A stretch of 32,000 nucleotides of DNA from positions 3,300,001-3,332,000 of the forward strand of contig NZ_CP066018.1 in the NCBI RefSeq assembly GCF_016127575.1. The letters are read 5' to 3'. Shown in pieces: positions 9,932-20,057 of this stretch; the stretch's first letter is position 1; every line of letters begins with the position of its first letter. The notes under the pieces are model-generated. The model did not search any database. It saw only the letters and a program-made list of their open reading frames with translations, and was not told the DNA's origin. Position numbers and translations under genes: made by a program. The stretch comes from Cupriavidus necator (GTDB taxonomy: Bacteria; Pseudomonadota; Gammaproteobacteria; Burkholderiales; Burkholderiaceae).

Positions 9932-11246
9932 GCGCGTACTGGTCGCCAGCATCAACGGAGCGCCGGTCGGCGAGCTGCATGAAGCCAGCGATGCCTGGTC
10001 ATTCCGCTATGACGCGGAGTGGCTGGGCAACCCGCACGCCTTCGCCCTGAGCCCGGCGCTGCCGCTGCAGCGGGAGGCGCTCGCCGATGGCAGCACGCTG
10101 CGGCCGGTGCAGTGGTACTTCGACAACCTGCTGCCCGAGGACGGCCAGCGTGCGCTGCTGGCACGCGATGCCAGCATCCGCAACGAGGCCGATGCCTTTG
10201 CCCTGCTGGCCCACTATGGGGCGGAATCGGCGGGCTCGCTGACGCTGCTGCCGCCCGGCCGCGGGCCCGCCACCGCGCCGGCCCTGCGCGCCTTGAGCGA
10301 TGCCGCGCTCGACGCCCGCATCCACAGTCTGCCCAGCGTGCCGCTCACGCATGGCGCGGTCAAGCGCATGTCGCTGGCCGGTGCCCAGCACAAGCTGGCG
10401 GTGGTGCTGCGGGACGGCGCGCTGTTCGAGCCCGGCGCGGATACGCCGTCCACGCATATCCTGAAGCCGACCCACCAGATGCAGGAGATCTATCCGCATT
10501 CGGTCATCAACGAGTGGTTCGTGATGTCGCTGGCCGCGCGGCTGAAGCTGGAGGTGCCGCCCGTGCACCGGCGCTATGTGCCGTCGCCGGTCTACCTGAT
10601 CGACCGTTTCGATCGCCATCTCACGCAGCAAGGGCAGTGGCAGCGGCTGCATGCGATCGATGCCTGCCAGCTGCTGAACCTGCCGCGCACCTTCAAATAC
10701 GACCAGGGCAGCGTCGAGCGGCTGGCGCAACTGGCAACGCTGTGCCGCGCCCCGGCGGTGGCGCGGGCACGGTTGTTCGACTGGCTGGTGTTCAACATCC
10801 TGGTGGGCAATTCGGACGCGCACCTGAAGAACCTGAGCTTCCTGGTGTCCGATGCCGGCATTGCGCTGGCGCCGTTCTACGATTTGCTCAGCGAGGCGGC
10901 TTACGCCACCCGCACCTATGACAAGACCGGCTGGCCGCAGGCGCACCGCTTTGCCTGGCCGGTGCTGGGGGTGGAGTTCTACAGCGATTTCTCGCGCGCG
11001 CTGGTGCTGGAGGCAGGGCGCGCGCTGGGCCTGACCGGCGTGACCGCCGAGCGGCGGCTGGACGCCATGCTGCGCGGCATCGGGCCGGCCGCGCAGGCGC
11101 TCTATGAGCAGGCCGAGCAACAGAACGCGGCCATGGCGCGGGAGCGCCCGGTGCTCACCGGCGGGTTTGCCGGCGAACTGGCCTGCCTGCGCGTGATCCG
11201 TTTCACCATCATCGCCGACATGGTCAGGGCGCTTGCCGCAGCCTGA
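9924..11246 (+). CDS. hipA: HipA family serine/threonine kinase toxin (type II TA)
   Basis: 440 aa, with GGGAGG upstream. The N-terminal coupling region is INGAPVGELHEASDAWSFRYDAEWL...YFDNLLPE. The P-loop-like MSLAGAQHKLAV, then IDRFDR, and the catalytic loop VGNSDAHLKNLSF correspond to E. coli HipA motifs SVAGAQEK, ERFDR and GATDGHAKNFS. Confidence 0.9.
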   Translation: MAERVLVASINGAPVGELHEASDAWSFRYDAEWLGNPHAFALSPALPLQREALADGSTLRPVQWYFDNLLPEDGQRALLARDASIRNEADAFALLAHYGAESAGSLTLLPPGRGPATAPALRALSDAALDARIHSLPSVPLTHGAVKRMSLAGAQHKLAVVLRDGALFEPGADTPSTHILKPTHQMQEIYPHSVINEWFVMSLAARLKLEVPPVHRRYVPSPVYLIDRFDRHLTQQGQWQRLHAIDACQLLNLPRTFKYDQGSVERLAQLATLCRAPAVARARLFDWLVFNILVGNSDAHLKNLSFLVSDAGIALAPFYDLLSEAAYATRTYDKTGWPQAHRFAWPVLGVEFYSDFSRALVLEAGRALGLTGVTAERRLDAMLRGIGPAAQALYEQAEQQNAAMARERPVLTGGFAGELACLRVIRFTIIADMVRALAAA

Positions 11247-11252
11247 GTCTGG

Positions 11253-12515
11253 CTAATGACTGGTGGGATGCGGCTGGCTGAAGAAGTAGGGCACCAGCGC
11301 GGCGGCAATCAGCAGGCCCGCGGACAGGAAGATCGCCGCATAGGTGGAAGGCAGCGGCCAGCCGCGCACATGGCCGGCATTGGCGATCAGCCCGTAGCCC
11401 CATGACGTCAGCGCCGATCCCAGGAACACAAAGGTGTTGAGCAGCCCCAGCCCGCGCCCGCGCCGCGACGGCGTGATCAGCCCGCGGCCCTGCGCCATCA
11501 CCAGCGGGTGCAGCATGCCGATGGTCGACAGCAGCGCCATTATCGCCACGCCGTAGCCGATGCCGCTGTCCGGCCATAGCGCCAGCAGGAACGAGCCCGA
11601 CATGGCAAAGCACGACCAGCCGGCGATGGCGGTCTTGAGCGTGTTGCGGCGGACCAGCACCGGCAGCAGGAAGGCGGTCAGGAAGCCGGCCAGGCTCAGC
11701 AGCGCCAGCGCCACTCCGCGCGGCGCCGAGCCCAGCCCGAACACGTCGGCCAGGTAGGGGCCGCTCCAGGCATTGCGGAAGGCGGTGCCGGCGGACATCG
11801 CCACGCACAGCGGAATCAGCGTCCACAGCGGCGCCAGCTTCAGCAGCTGCAGGCTTTCCGACAGCATCGCCGGCCACGACGCGCTGCGGGCCTCGGCATG
11901 GCCCTGGTCGCGCACGAAGCGCCACACACCATAGCAGGCCGCGACCATGCCCAGCGCCGATACCGCCATCGACGGGCGCCATCCGATCAGCGAGATGGCC
12001 CAGCCCAGCGGCGCCGTGGCACACAGCGCGCCGATCATGCCCATGGCATTGGAGCGGCTGACCACGCGGGTGTAGTCGCGCTCGGACAGCTGCTCGGAGG
12101 CGAAATGCAGCAGGCCCATGAAGACCGGCGCGCATGCCAGCCCCAGCCCTACCTGCGCCAGCGTGGCCGCCGCGCCGTTTGGCGCCAGCACGAACAGGAT
12201 CGACGACACCGCGCCCACCGCCAGCAGCAGCGCGGTCGGCCGGCCCACGCCGTAGCGGTCGAAGGCAATGCCCACCGGGATCTGCGTCACGGCAAAGGCC
12301 AGGAAGAACGACGAAGACAGTGCGCCAAAGCCCGCCGGCGACAGCCCGAAATCATGCTGCAGTTCGGGCGCCATCACCGCCAGGCAGGAGCGGAAGAACT
12401 GGCTGAGCGCAAAGGCGAACGTCAGCAGGGCGATACCGCGCGCGGCGTGCGCTGCCGGGGCATGGGCGGGCAGGGCGTCGGGCGATGCGGGGAGGCGGGT
12501 GTTGCTGGGGGTCAC
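11253..12515 (-). CDS. MFS transporter
   Basis: 420 aa with a GTG start at 12515. It is multi-pass hydrophobic throughout, with an MFS-like loop FDRYGVGRP between TM2 and TM3. It converges on hipA with only a 6-bp gap. Confidence 0.8.
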   Translation of the reverse strand: MTPSNTRLPASPDALPAHAPAAHAARGIALLTFAFALSQFFRSCLAVMAPELQHDFGLSPAGFGALSSSFFLAFAVTQIPVGIAFDRYGVGRPTALLLAVGAVSSILFVLAPNGAAATLAQVGLGLACAPVFMGLLHFASEQLSERDYTRVVSRSNAMGMIGALCATAPLGWAISLIGWRPSMAVSALGMVAACYGVWRFVRDQGHAEARSASWPAMLSESLQLLKLAPLWTLIPLCVAMSAGTAFRNAWSGPYLADVFGLGSAPRGVALALLSLAGFLTAFLLPVLVRRNTLKTAIAGWSCFAMSGSFLLALWPDSGIGYGVAIMALLSTIGMLHPLVMAQGRGLITPSRRGRGLGLLNTFVFLGSALTSWGYGLIANAGHVRGWPLPSTYAAIFLSAGLLIAAALVPYFFSQPHPTSH

Positions 12516-12519
12516 GGCT

Positions 12520-12831
12520 TCAACAGCGGCCTGCTCGGGCCGCGTAGTCTCGGTACTGCGCGATCTCGGCCGCTACCAGCGGGCGCAGGGTTTGCCACTG
12601 CACCGGCTGCGGAGCGAACACGCTGTTGTTGTTATCGGAGGAAATGCACAGGCGCACCTGCGCGACGTGGCCGGCGGCATCGGTGCGTACGTGCAGGATG
12701 CGGGTCGACCGCGGTGGCTGCCAGGTGATGGGCGGCAGGAAGTAGGTCCTGCCGCTGCCCCGCTCGGACGGGTCGGTGACAAGACCGAACGTGGTGCCTA
12801 GCAGTGAGTGTAGAGCGTGCGCGGTCAGCAT
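12520..12831 (-). CDS. Hypothetical protein (103 aa), translationally coupled to the MFS gene
   Basis: ATG at 12831. The stop is 4 nt before the MFS GTG. Third codon positions are strongly G/C-biased in this frame (checked by hand over 12600-12670), as expected for real coding sequence in this genome. I do not recognise any family. Confidence 0.5.
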   Translation of the reverse strand: MLTAHALHSLLGTTFGLVTDPSERGSGRTYFLPPITWQPPRSTRILHVRTDAAGHVAQVRLCISSDNNNSVFAPQPVQWQTLRPLVAAEIAQYRDYAARAGRC

Positions 12832-12893
12832 GGTCGGCGCGTGGCCGGTGTTCGCCCAGATTGCATGGCAGGCGAGCCGGCCTGCCTGTCCAC

Positions 12894-13787
12894 TCAGCCC
12901 GGCAGGGCGTCGTAGGTCAGCAGGAATACCTGCTCATCCCCCGCACTGACCGGCAGCCAGACGATTTCCAGTTCAGGGAACGCGGCTTCCACGTTGGCGT
13001 GCTCGTTGCCGATCTCTACCACCAGCACGCCGCCCGGATTCAGGTGCGCCTTGGCGCCGGCGATGATCCGGCGCACCACGTCCATGCCGTCGTCGCCGCC
13101 GGCCAGGGCGATGCGCGGCTCGGCCAGGTATTCCGGCGGCAGCGCCTGCATCGAGCCTTCGTTGACGTAGGGCGGGTTGGTCAGGATCACGTCGTAGGTG
13201 GCGCCGTGCGGCAGCGGCGCGTACAGGTCGCCTTCATACAGCCGGATGCGGTCGTCCATCTTGTAGTCGGCCACGTTGCGGCGCGCCACGGCGAGCGCGT
13301 CGGGCGAGATGTCGACGGCGTCGATCTTCGCGTTCGGCCACACGTGCGCGGCCACGATCGGCAGGCAGCCGGAACCGGTGCACAGCTCCAGCACCGGGCC
13401 GATGCTGTCGGTCTCGCCGACCCAGGGCTCCAGCCCGTCCTGCAGCAGTTCGCCGATAAAGCTGCGCGGCACGATCACGCGTGAATCGACGTAGAAGCGC
13501 AGGCCGTGCATAAAGGCCTCGTGCGTGATGTAGGCGGCCGGCACGCGCTCATTGACGCGGCGCTCGATGACCTTGAGCACGGTATCGACTTCCTCGGGCA
13601 GCAGGCGCGCGTCCAGGAAGGGATCGAGCGTGTCGAGCGGCAGGTTCAGCGTATGCAGCACCAGGTAGGCGGCTTCGTCATAGGCATTGGCGCTGCCGTG
13701 GCCAAAGGACAGGCGCGCGGCGGTAAAGCGCGAGACTGCGAGACGCAGCAGGTCGCGCACGGTGCGCAGGGGAGAGGGCGTTGCCAT
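12894..13787 (-). CDS. prmB: 50S ribosomal protein L3 N5-glutamine methyltransferase
   Basis: 297 aa. It has the SAM-binding motif VLELCTGSGCL and the catalytic NPPY (ILTNPPYV). The N-terminal LRTVRDLLRLAVSRF is typical of PrmB, as is the position next to dapE. Confidence 0.88.
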   Translation of the reverse strand: MATPSPLRTVRDLLRLAVSRFTAARLSFGHGSANAYDEAAYLVLHTLNLPLDTLDPFLDARLLPEEVDTVLKVIERRVNERVPAAYITHEAFMHGLRFYVDSRVIVPRSFIGELLQDGLEPWVGETDSIGPVLELCTGSGCLPIVAAHVWPNAKIDAVDISPDALAVARRNVADYKMDDRIRLYEGDLYAPLPHGATYDVILTNPPYVNEGSMQALPPEYLAEPRIALAGGDDGMDVVRRIIAGAKAHLNPGGVLVVEIGNEHANVEAAFPELEIVWLPVSAGDEQVFLLTYDALPG

Positions 13788-13812
13788 GTATGGGTGTCTT
13801 CCGGCGAAAAAA

Positions 13813-15331
<1,519 letters not shown>

Positions 15332-15353
15332 GGCTAGTCTTGATGGATTGGAT

Positions 15354-15737
15354 TCAGCGGAACAGCAGGTTCAGCGCGATCACCAGGCCGCCCAGGCCCA
15401 GCGCCACGCCGCCCATGGCCACCGCGGTCATCAGGCGCAGGCGGCGGTCCAGCCGGGCGGCTTCCTTGCGCAGCGCGTCGATGGTGATGGCATGTTGCTC
15501 GGCCAGCAGCTTGACGGCCTCGGCCTGCTGCACGGCAGCGGCTTCCAGCTCGGCGATGCGGGCGGCGGGATCGCGCGTGTCGGCCACCGCGCCTTCCGGC
15601 GTGCCGTCCTTGCGCTTGTTCTTCTTCAGTTTCTCGATGGTCTTGTTGGCCTGCTCGAGAATGGTGGGCAGCAGGGAGAGCACGGTACTGACGGTGGTGG
15701 GATCCAGGGCCATGAGTCGCTTGCGGAGGGAAGGCAT
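15354..15737 (-). CDS. Hypothetical small protein with a coiled-coil and a C-terminal transmembrane anchor
   Basis: The frame is open from 15764. I prefer the ATG at 15737 (MPSLRKRLMALDP...); the ATG at 15713 is also possible. The protein has a Lys-rich segment, an Ala/Glu-rich heptad-like segment (RIAELEAAAVQQAEAVKLLAEQ), and a hydrophobic tail (LMTAVAMGGVALGLGGLVIALNLLF). Confidence 0.55.
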   Translation of the reverse strand: MPSLRKRLMALDPTTVSTVLSLLPTILEQANKTIEKLKKNKRKDGTPEGAVADTRDPAARIAELEAAAVQQAEAVKLLAEQHAITIDALRKEAARLDRRLRLMTAVAMGGVALGLGGLVIALNLLFR

Positions 15738-15776
15738 GTTCAGCCTGGCCAGGCGGGGTGACAACGGAAATACTGC

Positions 15777-15826
15777 CCCGGGGCCGGGCCCCGGGACGGG
15801 GCGGCGCAGCCGTTGCGGGCTGCGCC
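15777..15826 (-). terminator. Two GC-rich stem-loops immediately after dapD (possible attenuator or weak terminator)
   Basis: The first is GGCGCAGCC-gttgcg-GGCTGCGCC at 15803-15826. The second is the perfect palindrome CCCGGGGCC-g-GGCCCCGGG at 15777-15795. On the minus strand they are followed by GCAGTATTTCC, which is only a partial U-tract. Confidence 0.35.
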
Positions 15827-15834
15827 AGGCGTGC

Positions 15835-16662
<828 letters not shown>

Positions 16663-16707
16663 GTTCGTTTTCTCAGGTGTTGAATGTTGATGTTCGGCCA
16701 ATTGTGT

Positions 16708-16825
16708 TCTCCCTCTCCCCTCAGCGGGAGAGGGTCGGGGAGAGGGGTGGTCTAGCAAGGCACCACGCTGGTAGAACCGCCTGCCCTCTCCCCCGGCCCC
16801 TCTGCCGCAAGCGGGAGAGGGGAGC
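16708..16825. repeat. REP/REPIN-like inverted doublet built on a GGGAGAGGG core
   Basis: Unit A (16708-16747) is CTCCCTCTCCC-ctcagc-GGGAGAGGG-tc-GGGGAGAGGGG. Unit B (16783-16825) is its approximate reverse complement: GCCCTCTCCCCC-gg-CCCCTCTGCC-gcaagc-GGGAGAGGGGAG. Each unit contains its own 9-10-bp hairpin. A and B can also pair across a 36-nt spacer. Confidence 0.7.
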
Positions 16826-16849
16826 AAACCAGTGGTCAAGGCCAAAGCC

Positions 16850-18049
16850 TCAGGCCAGCGATTTGCAGAATTCCACGATCCGGCGCGCACCTTCCAGGCA
16901 TTCCTCCGGCGTCGCCACCAGCGCCATGCGCACGCGGTTTGCCCCCGGGTTAATGCCGTCGGCTTCGCGCGCCAGGTAGCTGCCGGGCAGCACGGTCACG
17001 TTCTGCTCGGCCAGCAGGCGCGCGGCGAATTCGGTATCGGTGAGGCCGGTGCGCGAGACATCGGCCCACAGGTAGAAGCCTGCATCGGGCAGCGCCACGT
17101 CCAGCACCTCAGCCAGCATCGGCGTGACTTCGCTGAACTTGCGCACGTAGGCGGCGCGGTTCTCGCGCACATGCGATTCATCGTTCCAGGCGGCGATGCT
17201 GGCGCTCTGCACCGCCGGGTTCATGGCGCCGCCGTGGTAGGTACGGTATAGCAGGAATTTCTTCAGCAGCGCGGCGTCGCCGGCGACGAAGCCCGAGCGC
17301 AGGCCCGGCACGTTGGAGCGCTTGGACAGGCTCGAGAACATCACCAGCCGGTCAAGGCCGCGGCCCAGCTTGTGCGCGGCTTCCAGCGCACCCAGCGGGG
17401 CGCGGCCCTCGTCGAAATAGATCTCCGAGTAGCACTCGTCCGAGGCGATCACAAAGCCGTAGCGGTCCGACAGCGCAAACAGCTGCTTCCAGTCTTCCAG
17501 CGACAGCACCGCGCCGGTCGGGTTGCCGGGCGTGCACACAAATAGCAGTTGCACCTTCTGCCAGACCTCGTCGGCGATGCGGTCGAAGGCCGGGGCGAAG
17601 TTGCGCGCCGGGTCGCTGTTGGCGAACACCGGGGTGGCGCCGGCCAGCAGCGCCGCGCCTTCGTAGATCTGGTAGAACGGGTTGGGGCACAGCACCAGCG
17701 CGCCCGCGCGGGTGCCGTCGACCACGGTCTGGGCAAAGGCGAACAGCGCCTCGCGCGAGCCGGTCACCGGCAGCACTTCGGTGGTGGCGTTGACCTTGGG
17801 CAGGCCGTAGCGGCGTTCCAGCCAGCTGGCGATGCACTGCCGTAGTGCATCGGAACCTGCCGTTGTGGGATAATTCGCCAGCCCCGCGAGCGACTCTGCC
17901 AGCGCTTGCTTGATGAATTCAGGCGTCGGATGCTTGGGCTCACCGATGCCAAAGCTGATGGCCGGCTTGTCGGCAGGCTTTACCTGCGCAAAGAGCACCC
18001 GCAGTTTCTCGAACGGGTAGGGCTGGAGCAGGTCGAGGCGCGGATTCAC
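16850..18049 (-). CDS. dapC: Succinyldiaminopimelate transaminase (class I aminotransferase)
   Basis: 399 aa with a GTG start at 18049. [19 protein letters not shown]...[13 protein letters not shown] is typical of betaproteobacterial DapC. The PLP lysine region is [16 protein letters not shown]. The gene is adjacent to dapD. Confidence 0.88.
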   Translation of the reverse strand: MNPRLDLLQPYPFEKLRVLFAQVKPADKPAISFGIGEPKHPTPEFIKQALAESLAGLANYPTTAGSDALRQCIASWLERRYGLPKVNATTEVLPVTGSREALFAFAQTVVDGTRAGALVLCPNPFYQIYEGAALLAGATPVFANSDPARNFAPAFDRIADEVWQKVQLLFVCTPGNPTGAVLSLEDWKQLFALSDRYGFVIASDECYSEIYFDEGRAPLGALEAAHKLGRGLDRLVMFSSLSKRSNVPGLRSGFVAGDAALLKKFLLYRTYHGGAMNPAVQSASIAAWNDESHVRENRAAYVRKFSEVTPMLAEVLDVALPDAGFYLWADVSRTGLTDTEFAARLLAEQNVTVLPGSYLAREADGINPGANRVRMALVATPEECLEGARRIVEFCKSLA

Positions 18050-18243
18050 AGTGTCAGTCGGGGCCGGTTAAAACGACGCATTATAGAGGAACGGCGCGGG
18101 TTTCCGTGCGCCGGCCCGGCCCGCGCGGCCGGCCACGAGCACGGATGGCGGGCATCACGCCCTGGTGATGCCGCCGGCGCCGTCCGGACCCTGCCTGCCT
18201 GTCACCGGTCGGCGGCCCGGCTCGCCTCGCTTTGATCCCCTTT

Positions 18244-19212
18244 ATGAGCACAAATACTGTTGCGGCGCAGCATGCGCCGGCCGACCGCCATGCGGTCAAG
18301 GCATCGCTTTCCATCCTGATCGGCGCCTCGGTCTGGGGCATCGCCTGGTTCCCGTACCGCGTGCTGGCGGGCTGGGGTCTGGGCGGCATGCACGCCGCGG
18401 CGCTGGTGAGCTCGGTCGCGGCGGTGCTGTCGCTGCTGGTCTTCCGCCGGCACCTGGCCGGCCTGCGCCCGCACTTGCTGTTCGTCGCGATCGGGCTGGC
18501 GGCGGGCGTGACCAACGCCGGCTTCGTCTGGGGCAGCGTCAACGGCCATGTGATGCGCGTGCTGCTGCTGTTCTACCTGACCCCGGTCTGGACCGCGCTG
18601 TTTGCCCGGCTGTTCCTGGGCGAGCGGCTGTCGGCGGCGGGGCTGTCGCTGGTGGCGCTGGCCCTGTTCGGCGCCGGGCTGATGCTGTGGACGCCCGAGG
18701 TCGGCGTGCCGCTGCCGGGCTCCGCCGCCGAATGGTCGGGCCTGATCGGCGGCATGGGCTTTGCCGTCAACAATGTGCTGTCGCGCCGCGCCGGCCAGCG
18801 CTTCCCGGACATGGACGCACGCGTGCGCACGGTGGTGGTCTATCTGGGCTGCACGGTGGTGGGCGTGCCGGCCGCGCTGCTGCTCGATGGCCCGTCGGTG
18901 GCCATCGTCGCGGGCGCGCAGGTCAGCGTGGGCATGCTGGTGCTGGGCCTGGCGGCGGTGCTGGTGGTCAGCAACTCGGTGGTGCAATACGGGCTGCAGC
19001 GGCTGCCGGCCAACCGCGTGTCGCTGCTGATGCTGTTCGAAATCGTGATCGCAGCGCTGTCCTCGTGGTGGTTGGCGACCGAGGTGCTGAGCTGGAAGGA
19101 AGCGGCCGGCGGCCTGTGCATCATCGCCGCCGGCGCTTTGTCGGGACTGGTGCACCGGAGCCGCGCGCCAGCGCCGGCCGCAGCGGGCGCCGAGGCAGCG
19201 GCATGTCACTGA
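18244..19212 (+). CDS. EamA/DMT superfamily transporter
   Basis: I prefer the ATG at 18244 over the TTG at 18232. The protein is about 322 aa with 10 hydrophobic segments in two halves (ILIGASVWGIAWFPYR...; ...SNSVVQYGLQRLPANRVSLLMLFEIVIAAL), as in EamA-domain carriers. Confidence 0.75.
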   Translation: MSTNTVAAQHAPADRHAVKASLSILIGASVWGIAWFPYRVLAGWGLGGMHAAALVSSVAAVLSLLVFRRHLAGLRPHLLFVAIGLAAGVTNAGFVWGSVNGHVMRVLLLFYLTPVWTALFARLFLGERLSAAGLSLVALALFGAGLMLWTPEVGVPLPGSAAEWSGLIGGMGFAVNNVLSRRAGQRFPDMDARVRTVVVYLGCTVVGVPAALLLDGPSVAIVAGAQVSVGMLVLGLAAVLVVSNSVVQYGLQRLPANRVSLLMLFEIVIAALSSWWLATEVLSWKEAAGGLCIIAAGALSGLVHRSRAPAPAAAGAEAAACH

Positions 19213-19229
19213 CTGAGCCGGCGGGCGCT

Positions 19230-20057
19230 TCAGTGCAGCATGACCCGCGACACCATTGCCACCAGGGGCGTCCGTACCGCGCGCTCGACGCCGCGGTGCA
19301 AGTGCAGCGGCCGCAGCAGCATCTTCACGGTCATTTCGATGGGGATGTTGCGCCGGATCACCCCGGACACGCGCGCATTGAGCGCGCGCACCTCGGCTTC
19401 TGACACCGCTTCCACACCGCGCTCCATGCGCAGCACATTGCGCAGCGCGATCGCGGCGTCCTCGTTCTTGATCTCCAGCAGCCGGCGCGCCAGCGCACCC
19501 AGCACGCGCAGCCGGCCCAGCCGCTCGGATGCCGCAAAGCGGTTGAAGTACTGGTAGAAGTGCTTGTAGTGCCGCACCTCGTCGTTGGAGATGCGCCGCG
19601 TCAGGTCGCGCAGCACCGGTTCGTCGCTGGCCTGTTCCAGCGCGCGGTAGTAGGCGGCGGTGCCGGTTTCCACCACGCAGCGGGCCGCCATTTCCAGGCC
19701 CTCGGTCGGCTCGAACTGGTCGATCGAGCAGGTCTTGCTGTACTCGTCGAAGAAGCGTGCATAGCCGCGCTCCCAGTCGAATTCCGGCCAGACATGCTCG
19801 ACATAGCGCCGCAGCGCCAGCCCGTGCTGCAGTTCCTCGGCTTCCCAGTGCTCGGCAAGCCAGTCGGCCGCGTCGGGCACACGGGCGTAATAGGTGGCAA
19901 GGTTGCCTGCATAGGTGTCGGATCCGCTCTCGATGAACGAGGCCGACACCAACAGGTAGAAGAGATCGCGGTCGCCGCGTACGCGTTCCACGTCGATCGC
20001 CTGGTAGTTGATGTCGCTGACAGACCACGGCCGGGCGGCCGTTGACGGTTCACTCAT
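19230..20057 (-). CDS. Ferritin-like diiron-carboxylate protein (acyl-ACP-desaturase-like fold)
   Basis: 275 aa, ATG at 20057 with GGAGG upstream. Two E...EXXH pairs are visible: FIESGSD ... EAEELQHG and [10 protein letters not shown] ... [10 protein letters not shown]. These resemble the EENRHG/DEKRHE ligand motifs of soluble desaturases. The precise function is unknown. Confidence 0.65.
   Translation of the reverse strand: MSEPSTAARPWSVSDINYQAIDVERVRGDRDLFYLLVSASFIESGSDTYAGNLATYYARVPDAADWLAEHWEAEELQHGLALRRYVEHVWPEFDWERGYARFFDEYSKTCSIDQFEPTEGLEMAARCVVETGTAAYYRALEQASDEPVLRDLTRRISNDEVRHYKHFYQYFNRFAASERLGRLRVLGALARRLLEIKNEDAAIALRNVLRMERGVEAVSEAEVRALNARVSGVIRRNIPIEMTVKMLLRPLHLHRGVERAVRTPLVAMVSRVMLH

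Noticed and set aside
9611-11246. Tripartite HipBST-type system or a split HipA
   Set aside because: The kinase is full length (440 aa) with its own N-terminal coupling domain. No separate HipS-like small ORF is present, so it is a canonical two-gene hipBA.
16663-16890. N-terminal 76-codon extension of the dapD ORF (351-aa version)
   Set aside because: The extension is a translation of the REP doublet ([13 protein letters not shown]...). It overlaps the dapC 3-prime end. The ATG at 16662 gives the canonical 275-aa DapD.
18151-18172. 8-bp hairpin GGCATCAC-gccctg-GTGATGCC in the dapC / EamA divergent region as a terminator
   Set aside because: It lies upstream of both divergent genes and has no U-tract. 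It is more likely incidental or a regulator site, and there is insufficient evidence to annotate it.
18202-20028. 608-aa minus-strand ORF spanning the EamA gene and part of the ferritin-like gene, and the 412-aa plus-strand ORF at 18165-19403
   Set aside because: Both give Arg/Ala/Gly/Pro-rich low-complexity translations. They cross a convergent gene junction. The alternative frames give a clean 10-TM transporter and a diiron protein.
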